Below, piece after piece: positions 1-8,593 of a stretch of DNA of 20,000 nucleotides. The notes under the pieces are model-generated. The model was not told the origin of the DNA. It ran no database searches and saw nothing but the letters and a program-made list of their open reading frames with translations. Position numbers and translations under genes: made by a program. The stretch spans positions 52,768-72,767 of the forward strand of contig NZ_MWQY01000019.1 of assembly GCF_002087085.1 (NCBI RefSeq), in the 5' to 3' direction. The stretch's first letter is position 1; the number at the start of each line of letters is the position of its first letter.

Positions 1-1035
1 AAGGGCAAGGACGAGAATCCCGGTAAGGGGCAGAATAAAAGCCAGGTTATATACAAAAAGCCAGAATATCTGTATACCCGCCCCTTTCCCTGCCCCGGAT
101 TGAAGCATGTACGCGATGGTGGGAAGGTAGATCTGTCCCGTGCAGGCGAGCTCAAGCAGGGCGACAATAAATCCGGAAACAACAAATGCGATAAGCAGCG
201 GGACAACCGGAGTGCCCTTTCCCGAAGGGTTCCTTCGAATCACCCCATGGATTCGCCTCTTCAGTCCTTTCGGCAATTGAAGGAGCATGGTACCGGCCTG
301 CCCACTGCCTGCCCGGAGAGCATCCTTGAAGGAAAGCAGCGCCAGCAGCAGGGCCATACCAGCAAACAGATACCGAACTGCCAGACGCAAAAGATCCATG
401 GCAGAGGCGCTGCGTAGAAAAGCCAGCAGCCCGAAGCCGATCCCCAGGTAGGCAATAAAAACGCCCGAGATAAAAGCGCCGCCGGATAAGAGAATACGCC
501 GACGTCCGCCTCCCCTTAAGGTAATCCAGGAAATAAAAAAGAGCATCGTCACAAAAGCGCAGGGATTAACACCATCGATGAGGCCGGCGAGAAACACAGG
601 CACCACAGCAAGGCTTACCGGAGAGCTCTTATTCGCCGTCCCTTTTTCCGGGACCCGGGGGCGGTATTCCCCATGCTCTGCAAAATGGATTAATTCTTCC
701 GGAAGGTTCTCTTCCACGGCACTGTTTCCCTGGTAGACGTTATTGCCGATAACGAGAACCGGGAAAACAGTAAATTCATAGCCCCGCCGGGAAAGCTCCT
801 GTTCGCAGCGTTCATATCCTGACCGGGACAGAATATCGTAGTAGTTGGCCGAGGCCCTGATGCCGGCCTCCTCCTCCGCCTGGGGAAGTACCTTTTCTGC
901 AAACAGATCACAGTGGGTACAGCCGATTTCGCCGTAGTAATCAAAGACGACGGGACTCCCCTCTTCACCCAGAAGGGTGGAGCCGGAGCAGTGGAGAATA
1001 ATGAGCAATGCAGTAAACAAGAATGATCTTTCCAT
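1..1035 (-). CDS. Cytochrome c biogenesis CcdA/DsbD-like membrane protein with N-terminal thioredoxin/glutaredoxin-like domain (3' end beyond the window)
   Basis: Absent from the ORF track because no stop lies in the window. Hand translation from ATG 1035 is open to base 1: MERSFLFTALLIILHCSGSTLLGEE (signal-like), YYGEIGCTHCD (CxxC), FTVFPVLVIG (cis-Pro loop), then hydrophobic helices with AGLIDGVNPCAF, LLELACTGQIYLPTI and YNLAFILPL, typical of CcdA-like proteins. Confidence 0.85.
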   Translation of the reverse strand, partial: MERSFLFTALLIILHCSGSTLLGEEGSPVVFDYYGEIGCTHCDLFAEKVLPQAEEEAGIRASANYYDILSRSGYERCEQELSRRGYEFTVFPVLVIGNNVYQGNSAVEENLPEELIHFAEHGEYRPRVPEKGTANKSSPVSLAVVPVFLAGLIDGVNPCAFVTMLFFISWITLRGGGRRRILLSGGAFISGVFIAYLGIGFGLLAFLRSASAMDLLRLAVRYLFAGMALLLALLSFKDALRAGSGQAGTMLLQLPKGLKRRIHGVIRRNPSGKGTPVVPLLIAFVVSGFIVALLELACTGQIYLPTIAYMLQSGAGKGAGIQIFWLFVYNLAFILPLTGILVLAL

Positions 1036-1045
1036 GTCCTTAGGG

Positions 1046-1074
1046 AAACTATCACATTCCACGACTGCTGTCAC
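1046..1074 (-). promoter_or_regulatory. Putative sigma70 promoter of the CcdA-like gene
   Basis: Minus strand GTGACA-N17-TAGTTT with TG extension, ending 10 nt before ATG 1035. Confidence 0.4.
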
Positions 1075-1106
1075 TGAAATTTAGAGGATGCAGATCAGCG
1101 GATCAA

Positions 1107-1115
1107 TGGTATACT
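1107..1115 (+). promoter_or_regulatory. Putative extended -10 promoter for the DUF1349 gene
   Basis: TGgTATACT about 48 nt upstream of ATG 1163; no clear -35. Confidence 0.45.
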
Positions 1116-1162
1116 GACTCAACTAAGCTTCGCTTCACAGAATGAAAAAGGAGTATCTCCAC

Positions 1163-1792
1163 ATGAACAACTATCCTCCTGTCGATACCGATCTTCTTTC
1201 AGCACAGCCTGAAATCCCTGGTTTCGAATGGTTTAATCCTCCGGCGGAATGGGTGATCGAAAAAGGATCGATGATTATTACCTCTGAACCGGAAACCGAT
1301 TTTTTCCGTTCCCCCCGGGGAGTCCAGCCGAAGGACAATGCCCACTTCCTGTTTTATCCGGTTTCTGGTGACTTCTCCGTTAAAACGCACCTGAAGGCTG
1401 ATCTCAAGGCATTCGGTGATGCCGGCGGGCTGACCATTCGTCTGTCAGCGGAAAGATGGGCAAAACTCTGCATAGAGAGAAGCCCCGCGGGAGAAATCAA
1501 CATTGTCAGCGTCGTGACCGACGGCTACTCGGATGATGCCAACAACGAGCTGCTCACCCAGCCGGAAGCCTTTTTACGGATCACCCGGCGGGGGGGCCTG
1601 GTGGGATTTCATTACAGTCTGGATGGAAAGATCTGGCGTTTTGCACGAAACTTCCGTTTTCCTGTTCCCGACGGAGAGGCTCTTCTTACAGGAATTCATG
1701 TTCAGTCTCCCTACAGCGATGGCTGCAGTGCGGGATTCAGAGAATTAGTCTTTTCCAAGGATACCGTTGAAAATTTCAAATCGGGAGAATAA
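1163..1792 (+). CDS. DUF1349 / regulation-of-enolase-1 (Ree1)-like protein, concanavalin A-like fold
   Basis: Family-like motifs WFNPP, ETDFF, DNAHF, WAKLCIE, IVSVVTDGYSDD, YSLDGKIW, QSP. Start moved from 1142 to ATG 1163 because the SD AAGGAG lies just upstream of it. Confidence 0.85.
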   Translation: MNNYPPVDTDLLSAQPEIPGFEWFNPPAEWVIEKGSMIITSEPETDFFRSPRGVQPKDNAHFLFYPVSGDFSVKTHLKADLKAFGDAGGLTIRLSAERWAKLCIERSPAGEINIVSVVTDGYSDDANNELLTQPEAFLRITRRGGLVGFHYSLDGKIWRFARNFRFPVPDGEALLTGIHVQSPYSDGCSAGFRELVFSKDTVENFKSGE

Positions 1793-1810
1793 GCAGGCAT
1801 ATCGTTTTTT

Positions 1811-3667
1811 ATGAAAAAGGTTAATGAGGAAATAAAAAGACAGATTCTTGGCCTGCTGGCGGTGGTACTTTTTGTAGGTACAATATGGGGAATAGTAAAC
1901 AGCTGGTACTTCGCCCTGGCCAGAGAGTACACCCGTAACCATTTTGTTGAACTCGCCCTTCCCTACCGGGAATCCTTCATCGGGGCAATAAAGGAGCGCT
2001 TTGCCCTGGTTGAAGGGCTGGCCTCCTTTGCGAGTGCGGTCCCCGAAGAGACCGTATCCACCGCGTTCAATGATTTCGCCGCAGGTATCTTTGATGAAAA
2101 AAAAGGGATACGCAACATATCCATAGCCCCGGGGGGAATCCAGAAGTATGTGTATCCCCTGCGAACGAACGAGATTGTTTCCGGTCATAATCTATTGAAG
2201 GATCCCAGACCGGAGGTTCAAAAGGATATAAAGCTCGCCATGGAAACCGGGGAGCTGATAATCAGCGGCCCTTACGAACTGCGTCAGGGCGGTCAGGGAC
2301 TTATCGCCCGAAAAGCCTTGTTCAGAGACGACAGCTTTCAGGGCCTTGTAACCATCGTACTCGATATGCCACCCATTTATCGGGAAAGCGGAATACAAGA
2401 TGCCCGGAAGATTTCTATAACCCTGCTGGATGCACAGCAGCGCCTGTTTTTCGGTCCTGAACCGGGAGAAAATCCCATAAACCTGAAAATGCAGATAACA
2501 GATGAAGTCTGGCAGATGCTGGTGATGCCTAAAAACAGCTGGCAGATCGAGTACTTCCGCGTAATGCAGCCCTTTTTCTTCATGACCATAATAATTGCGC
2601 TGTTTTCCGGCGGCGGCCTTTTTCTCCTGGCCCGGAAGATGTTCTCCCTTTCCCGAAAAGCCCGACTGGAACAACTGCGCTACAAAAACCTTTTTAACAG
2701 CATCAGTGATGCTATTTTTGTCACCGACGAACAAAGACGCATCATTGATGCCAACCAGCCTGCCCTGCAGAGCATGTTCGGGTATGACCTGGACGAGATT
2801 GCCGGAAAGGATACATCCCTGATTTATGCATCCCGAAGTGACTTTGATAAGATCGGGAATCTGCTTTCAGAAAAATCCACAGACAGAACCGGCACCCTCC
2901 TGGAGGTAGCTCTTAAACGGAAGGACGGTTCAGTTTTTCCGGCGGAAATAAGCATTCCCAGGTATCTGGATAACCGGGGAAAAACCATCGGTAAAATCGG
3001 AATAATCCGGGACATAACGGACAGAAAATTAGCCCGCGAAGCCCTGCACCGTGAAATCGAAGAAAAGAAAACACTCCTGAGGGAGATTCATCACCGGGTA
3101 AAAAATAACCTGAACATCGTGGCCAGTCTGCTGAATCTGCAAAAGAACGAGTTCCAGACCGAGGTATCGGCCCGTCAGTCCTTTGACGATATGGCAAAAC
3201 GTATCCACTCCATGGCCATGATACATGATTCCCTCTACAACAGCGGAAGCCTTTCCAGTGTTACCATGTCAACGTATATACGGAAACTTATCAGCGAACT
3301 GAATGCCTCCCTGGGAAGACCTCCGCTGATAAGGATTGATGCCGACCTCGAGGACATCCAGCTGAATATAACCAGCGCTGTTCCCTGCGGAATTCTCATC
3401 AACGAACTGATTACCAACGCCATCAAGCATGCGTTCCGGGACCGTTCAGAAGGCAGAATCCATGTGTCCCTTGGGAAAAAAACTGGAACGCATACCATTG
3501 TGCTGACAGTCAAGGATAACGGCAGCGGCCTGAATCCCGATTTCTCACTGGAATCATCTGCATCCCTTGGCATGCGACTGATACAGCTTTTGACATCCCA
3601 GCTGGACGGTACCTTGAGCTACAACAGTAACCAGGGCGCGACCTTCAGCGTGGAGTTCGAGGAGTGA
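1811..3667 (+). CDS. Membrane sensor histidine kinase (TM-CHASE-TM-PAS-HisKA_2-HATPase)
   Basis: Two TM segments flank a CHASE-like region (YVYPL..NE..GHNLL..ISGPYELRQGGQGLIAR). PAS (LFNSISDAIFV..MFGY..KRKDGSVFP..RDITDRK), H-box EIHHRVKNNL, N-box NELITNAIKHAF, DNGSG and SLGMRLI follow. Confidence 0.9.
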   Translation: MKKVNEEIKRQILGLLAVVLFVGTIWGIVNSWYFALAREYTRNHFVELALPYRESFIGAIKERFALVEGLASFASAVPEETVSTAFNDFAAGIFDEKKGIRNISIAPGGIQKYVYPLRTNEIVSGHNLLKDPRPEVQKDIKLAMETGELIISGPYELRQGGQGLIARKALFRDDSFQGLVTIVLDMPPIYRESGIQDARKISITLLDAQQRLFFGPEPGENPINLKMQITDEVWQMLVMPKNSWQIEYFRVMQPFFFMTIIIALFSGGGLFLLARKMFSLSRKARLEQLRYKNLFNSISDAIFVTDEQRRIIDANQPALQSMFGYDLDEIAGKDTSLIYASRSDFDKIGNLLSEKSTDRTGTLLEVALKRKDGSVFPAEISIPRYLDNRGKTIGKIGIIRDITDRKLAREALHREIEEKKTLLREIHHRVKNNLNIVASLLNLQKNEFQTEVSARQSFDDMAKRIHSMAMIHDSLYNSGSLSSVTMSTYIRKLISELNASLGRPPLIRIDADLEDIQLNITSAVPCGILINELITNAIKHAFRDRSEGRIHVSLGKKTGTHTIVLTVKDNGSGLNPDFSLESSASLGMRLIQLLTSQLDGTLSYNSNQGATFSVEFEE

Positions 3668-3705
3668 TAGAGTTGATACTTAGCCATACATAATTAATAT
3701 ACAGA

Positions 3706-5268
3706 TTATTCTTCTGTTGTAAATATATAGCTCGAACTATAAACCGTACCCCCACGTGAATGGGTAACATAACGCCATGTATAGGTTACACCAGGCTGAA
3801 GTTTCTGTGAAAGAGGGACAATAAAATAATTAACATCCAGACCTGGAGCAACTGTTGTCCAAACATGACCGTTCAATATCTGCAGATCGTAGGTGGCAAG
3901 AAATGTGCCCGGCCATTGTATCGTCGGGGTCAGGGAAACCCCCTTCTCCTTATTGAATGGATATACAGGTGAAACATAGATTATCCTGCTCCCTGCAGGC
4001 GACCAGTTGTATCGGGCATCCCGTTCCATGACAGACACTGTATTGCTTCCATACGCAAGACTCGATCCGGGTGTATAACTGGTTGCTGTGGTAGAACTGC
4101 TCCAATTCCCGCTGTTCAATCTGTATTGATAGACGCCAGCTCCGCCGTTACCCCCGGTAGACCAGCTCCACGTGGGTGTACGGTCCAAAGTAGGTGATGT
4201 TCCGGATACAGACGGGGCATTCGGAGGAATAGAATCGATGTAAATCGTATCGGAATCCTGGGAGAAATTGCCCGCCCGATCATACACTGTAACTGTTGCA
4301 GATTTATTCACATAATTTGCCGCACCAAAATAGGCATTTGTCGATACGGGTGAACTTGATATATGTGTAAACAAGCCTGCGATATCCGTAGTATCAACCT
4401 TAACAAAGAGCTCACTAAGAGAACTGCTCCCCGCGTCGGACACTGAATATGTAAGTGGTACAGCGGTTGATGTAGAATATGAGGCTCCTCCGGCCAGGGA
4501 TACTCCTGATACGACAGGATCGAGACTGTCCAACTTAATGTTAACTGCTACAGGATTTCCTATAATATATGTGCCGCCTATCGTACATGAAACTCGAAAC
4601 CACACAGTTTTATTACCTTCGCCTGTGGATAATTCAAAGGGAACTGTTGTTGCTGTTAAGGCGCTTAATGAACCATTTACTTTCGGATCCCCAAAGTTCT
4701 CGTTTTCACTGACCACATAGTCGATTGACGAACCAGCATCATTTACAGAAATACCGATATTCACAGTCCGTGAATCCGTATAGCCACTGAGACTGGCTGG
4801 ATTCTGACTGATGACAGTAAATGATCCTGCCGGGAATTTGCCGGTAGTGAATCCCCATGAAACGCTCTCCTGTAAGGAGCTGTTATCAGTTCCACGCACC
4901 CCATTCACGGTTATAGTGTACGAGTGCTCACTCTGGAAGGGGGTTTCCGGTCGTATGGTCAGAACGTTTGTTACACTGTTAAAATCAGGATTATCAAAGG
5001 CGAGTCCGCTTGTCCCATCGCTGATATACACTGTGTCAGAACTTACTGACGTTAGAGCAACAGACCTGTCGAATTCTATTTCCAGAGGATCCTGCGGATT
5101 AATATTTTCAGCGCCTTTTCCCGGACTAAAACTTACCACCTCCAAAAACAGATCATTCGCGATCTTTACCTCAGTCTCGACCTCCGTGACAAAATCTATG
5201 GGTTCCGAGCAGGTTGTAACAAGGAGCAAGGCTGCAGAGAGCATAAAAATACCGATTAACCGTTTCAT
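3706..5268 (-). CDS. Putative lipoprotein with about five tandem Ig/FN3-like beta-sandwich domains (N-terminal SbsA/Big_5-like)
   Basis: Signal peptide MKRLIGIFMLSAALLLVTT-C. Big_5-like FLEVVSFSP..GAENI..IEFD..SWGFTT; Ser/Thr-rich repeats ending IKLDSLDP and YDRAGN..IYIDSIPP; TPTWSW..YQYRL module; C-terminal PGVTYTWR..YIFTT. SD GAGGAG lies in the end of the upstream gene. Confidence 0.8.
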   Translation of the reverse strand: MKRLIGIFMLSAALLLVTTCSEPIDFVTEVETEVKIANDLFLEVVSFSPGKGAENINPQDPLEIEFDRSVALTSVSSDTVYISDGTSGLAFDNPDFNSVTNVLTIRPETPFQSEHSYTITVNGVRGTDNSSLQESVSWGFTTGKFPAGSFTVISQNPASLSGYTDSRTVNIGISVNDAGSSIDYVVSENENFGDPKVNGSLSALTATTVPFELSTGEGNKTVWFRVSCTIGGTYIIGNPVAVNIKLDSLDPVVSGVSLAGGASYSTSTAVPLTYSVSDAGSSSLSELFVKVDTTDIAGLFTHISSSPVSTNAYFGAANYVNKSATVTVYDRAGNFSQDSDTIYIDSIPPNAPSVSGTSPTLDRTPTWSWSTGGNGGAGVYQYRLNSGNWSSSTTATSYTPGSSLAYGSNTVSVMERDARYNWSPAGSRIIYVSPVYPFNKEKGVSLTPTIQWPGTFLATYDLQILNGHVWTTVAPGLDVNYFIVPLSQKLQPGVTYTWRYVTHSRGGTVYSSSYIFTTEE

Positions 5269-5270
5269 GT

Positions 5271-7334
5271 CTACTCCTCCTCGTCCCAGCTGCCCACTTC
5301 CCGCTTAAGCGCCTGGGAAGCCCGTCCGGTCCCCTCCTGCGCTGATCCAAGATAGGCAAACTCCGATGCCAGTCCCGGAGCAGTGCTCCGGAGTTTCTGC
5401 AGAGCCCTGTCGGTCTCATCGTAGCGTTCCAGTTCGTAACTCGCCCTGGCCACCCCCAGGAGGGCCTTACTGTTGTTTGGAGCCGTCCTGCTCGCCCGGT
5501 CGTAATACTCCAGGGCCCGGGACATCTCTCCCTGCAGGTAGTATATATTTCCCAGGTTGACCATGGCGGGGACATATTCACTGATCCTGAGTATGGCCCT
5601 GAACTGCTCCGCCGCTTTATCCAGCACACCGAAGCGGGCATAGAGAATCCCCAGCTTGTTCCTGGTCCAGACGGTATTTGTCGCCGAGGCGAGCTGTCCA
5701 TTCAGTTCAATTACCCTGGGTTCGATCTGCCGGTTGATAAAGGTAATCAGGGCCTTCCGGTAGTTTTCCATCAGCCGATCCTCGTTGGGAAGCATGATGC
5801 CTGCTCCCCCTGCTGCGAAACCGACGGGTTCATAAAGCTTCCAGGCCTCCCGGACGGAATAGAAACCGGCTGTTCCGGCCTCACTGGTCTCCCGCCACTC
5901 CCTGGCGCCGATCTGCCAGGATTTCAGGAAGCCTTCACGCACAAGGGTTATTTCCACGGGAATCCAGGTATCATCTTCACGAAAGATCAGTTCCCGGGTG
6001 TCAATAAACAGCTTCTCCGCCTGCTCCGGGGCCATTCCAAGGGCAAAGGCCATGTAGATGTGACCGGGGGCGGTTATAAAAGCCGTCCTGATTCCCACTG
6101 ACTCCAGCAGAGCTGCATACAGAATGGAGAGATCGTCGCAGTCTCCCGCCTTGTAGGCGATGGACTGGTTCGGAAACTGAAGATAATCAAGGGCTTCTTT
6201 GTTGGCAGAGAATTCGGCATAGGGAGTAGTCGGGTCCTGAACATATCCCATGCCGTATACTCCCAGGGCTTCGTAAACGCCAAGGGCGGTGCGAAAGTTT
6301 TCGTTGATGGCGGTGGATTTATCGGAACCCACAACGGCGGCGACGTTCTTGGCAAAACTCATGACCAGGGGGTCCCGGGCGGTAACGAAGGCCGCAGCCT
6401 TGCGGTCATCATCCCAGGTCATGGCGTTCCGGTTATTTACGATTACGGTAACCGGTACGGTGGTACTCATGGATGTTCCGATATAGTCGTACTCCAGCAG
6501 CAGTTCCCCCGCGACCTTGGTGCCTTCGGTCACCCGGAATATCTCCTCGGAAAACAGGGCATATACAGGAACCGTCTCCTGTGCACCGGCCGGAAAGGTC
6601 CTGTACTCGGCGCACAGCTTCGGCTGGTCCATAAACTGCCGGACATAAAAACTGACCTTAAGGCTGTTCAGGGGTAAGGAGTCCCGGTTTTCCAGGTGAA
6701 GTACACCGGCGGGGTTATTTTCGTAATAAGAATAAAAAAGCGGAAATATGGGTATAAGCTCCGGGACATAGTAGAGGTCTGCCCCCCTGGAGGCGCCCCC
6801 AAGCTGGTAACGGACCCCCAGACCAAAACTCAGCCCCTGAAGGGCAGACTCACCGCTTGTCATATAATCACGATACTCGGCATCCAGACCAATGCTCAAA
6901 CCCGGATTTATACGGTAGGCGGCAAAGGCCCCTCCCCCCCAGAAAGGATCACGTACGGACCCAGCTTCTATAATTCCCATATAGATACCGCCGAAACCCC
7001 GAAGTCCCAGATTCAGACGGGCTATCGGCTGATACTGTAATCCGAGACTTGGCCCGATACTGAGAAAACTGGCGTTCTGATCGGAACCGTTTATCGGTAC
7101 CACCGTTGCATCCAGCAGAAGTCCGGAAAGAAGATACGGCAGAGAAGACGGAGTATAGGTACCTTCGAGGCTGACGCCTCCGCCGGCGGTGTAAAAGGCG
7201 GTTCCATCATCCAGCTCGGGACCAAGGGGTACAGTAAGCATGGGCCGGGCGCTTATGTTTATATCTCCGGACTGGCAAAAAATAAAACCGGAACACAGGA
7301 GCAGCAAGGCGGGGAGCATTCCATACTTTTTCAT
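5271..7334 (-). CDS. Exported multidomain protein: putative N-terminal outer-membrane beta-barrel, Ig-like linker, transglutaminase-like Cys domain, C-terminal TPRs
   Basis: Signal peptide, then about 155 aa of Gly/aromatic alternating strands ending FGLGVRYQL. AGDCDDLSILYAALLESVG..PGHIYMAF..WIPVE follows, then three TPRs (NKLGILYA, VNLGNIYY, LLGVARASY). ATG 7334 is preferred (AGGTG upstream); GTG 7343 is the alternative. Confidence 0.8.
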   Translation of the reverse strand: MKKYGMLPALLLLCSGFIFCQSGDINISARPMLTVPLGPELDDGTAFYTAGGGVSLEGTYTPSSLPYLLSGLLLDATVVPINGSDQNASFLSIGPSLGLQYQPIARLNLGLRGFGGIYMGIIEAGSVRDPFWGGGAFAAYRINPGLSIGLDAEYRDYMTSGESALQGLSFGLGVRYQLGGASRGADLYYVPELIPIFPLFYSYYENNPAGVLHLENRDSLPLNSLKVSFYVRQFMDQPKLCAEYRTFPAGAQETVPVYALFSEEIFRVTEGTKVAGELLLEYDYIGTSMSTTVPVTVIVNNRNAMTWDDDRKAAAFVTARDPLVMSFAKNVAAVVGSDKSTAINENFRTALGVYEALGVYGMGYVQDPTTPYAEFSANKEALDYLQFPNQSIAYKAGDCDDLSILYAALLESVGIRTAFITAPGHIYMAFALGMAPEQAEKLFIDTRELIFREDDTWIPVEITLVREGFLKSWQIGAREWRETSEAGTAGFYSVREAWKLYEPVGFAAGGAGIMLPNEDRLMENYRKALITFINRQIEPRVIELNGQLASATNTVWTRNKLGILYARFGVLDKAAEQFRAILRISEYVPAMVNLGNIYYLQGEMSRALEYYDRASRTAPNNSKALLGVARASYELERYDETDRALQKLRSTAPGLASEFAYLGSAQEGTGRASQALKREVGSWDEEE

Positions 7335-7417
7335 AGCCGTCACCTACCAGGCATTATTTGCAGGCAAATGCCGAAGCTCAACAAAGCAGGCAGGACTAAG
7401 GTCTTTGTCTACCTACA

Positions 7418-7446
7418 AGTATAGCACTTTTTTGCGAATGTGCCAG
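7418..7446 (-). promoter_or_regulatory. Putative sigma70 promoter of the TPR/lipoprotein operon
   Basis: Minus strand CTGGCA-N17-TATACT with TG extension (TGcTATACT). Confidence 0.5.
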
Positions 7447-7500
7447 AATACTGCTGCTGTTTCTCCCGGCTTTCTTCGTACGTACTGCTCTTCTTACACC

Positions 7501-7529
7501 TTGTTTTCTCCTGAGCTTTGAGGTATATT
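7501..7529 (+). promoter_or_regulatory. Putative sigma70 promoter of the HD-GYP gene
   Basis: TTGTTT-N17-TATATT, 20 nt before ATG 7550; the leader has no SD. Confidence 0.45.
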
Positions 7530-7549
7530 GCAGATCACAAATAAACAGT

Positions 7550-8536
7550 ATGAGCAGATTACCTATTATTGATCAGGACTGGATTAAAGTACGCGCCACA
7601 AACCTCAAGTATTACGATAATATCGAGCTGTATTTCAAGAATCCCTTCGGCAAGATCGTCCTGTACAAACCTGCGGGTATGAATTTCACCGATGAGAGCC
7701 TTAAAAAGAAGCCTTTCCTGGGGGATCTGTATGTTAAACCTGAAGATAAAATCCGGGCGCTTCAGGAGGCCCAGAGGGGATTCAGCAATAATTTCTCCGG
7801 CAGTATAATCTCCCAGGGAACCAGGAAAGTAAAAGAAGAACTGATCAGTATAATCGACGAAACCCTGGCTGAACCCCGGGCCGGAAGTCTGGCGGTGGTA
7901 CCGGAGGCCATGGAGGCCATAATTGACGGCTACTCCCGGCAGCCCAGCGTAATTAAAAACCTGGCAAAAATTTCCCACTCTGACTACTCAACGGCTATCC
8001 ATTCCATCAATGTCATGGCTCTTGCAGTGGGATACTGCTTTTATACCTGCCGTTCCAGGGAAGAGACCTTAACCATCGGTCTTGCAGCCCTGCTCCACGA
8101 CGTGGGAAAAACTGAAATTCCCCAGGAAATCCTGACTGCCCCCCGGAACCTGAGCAGTTCCGAGTTTCTTATCATGAAGAAACACCCGGAAATAGGGGCG
8201 GACATACTGGAAACCTACGCCTCGGACCTGCTCCAGACCCTCCCCGGAACCCTGGAACATCACGAAAAACTCGACGGCAGCGGGTACCCCCGGGGGACTA
8301 CCGACATATCCGATATTGGACAGATCCTCAGTGTAATCGACTGTTACGAGGCAATCACGAATGACGAGCGCCCATACAGGAACTCAATGAAACCGATCAG
8401 CGCGCTGAAACTCCTGAAGGAAGAGACTGACCTGGGCAGATTCAACCGCCGGATCTTTGAAGATTTTGCCTACAGCCTTACGGATTTTTCATCCGTTTCG
8501 AATCACAAGACCTACCGATCAATTCTGGGAACCTGA
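7550..8536 (+). CDS. HD-GYP domain protein (putative cyclic dinucleotide phosphodiesterase)
   Basis: HSINV, LLHDVGK, MKKHP, HHEKLDGSGYPRG and DCYEAIT..RPYR motifs. Confidence 0.9.
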   Translation: MSRLPIIDQDWIKVRATNLKYYDNIELYFKNPFGKIVLYKPAGMNFTDESLKKKPFLGDLYVKPEDKIRALQEAQRGFSNNFSGSIISQGTRKVKEELISIIDETLAEPRAGSLAVVPEAMEAIIDGYSRQPSVIKNLAKISHSDYSTAIHSINVMALAVGYCFYTCRSREETLTIGLAALLHDVGKTEIPQEILTAPRNLSSSEFLIMKKHPEIGADILETYASDLLQTLPGTLEHHEKLDGSGYPRGTTDISDIGQILSVIDCYEAITNDERPYRNSMKPISALKLLKEETDLGRFNRRIFEDFAYSLTDFSSVSNHKTYRSILGT

Positions 8537-8593
8537 GTATCAGGCTCTTTCCACCTTGCGTAATTACTGCTCCCCGTTGCATACTCGGGAACC

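Noticed and set aside
100..1055. Short ORFs 100-417, 261-455 and 690-1055
   Set aside because: They are alternative frames of the real CcdA-like gene (1035 to beyond base 1).
7362..7410. Partial resemblance to a c-di-GMP-I riboswitch (GGCAAA..GAAG..CAAAGC..GGACTAAGG) upstream of the HD-GYP gene
   Set aside because: The tetraloop stem does not pair, the 3' closing strand is missing, and it lies upstream of the likely HD-GYP promoter. A cmsearch with RF01051 would settle it.
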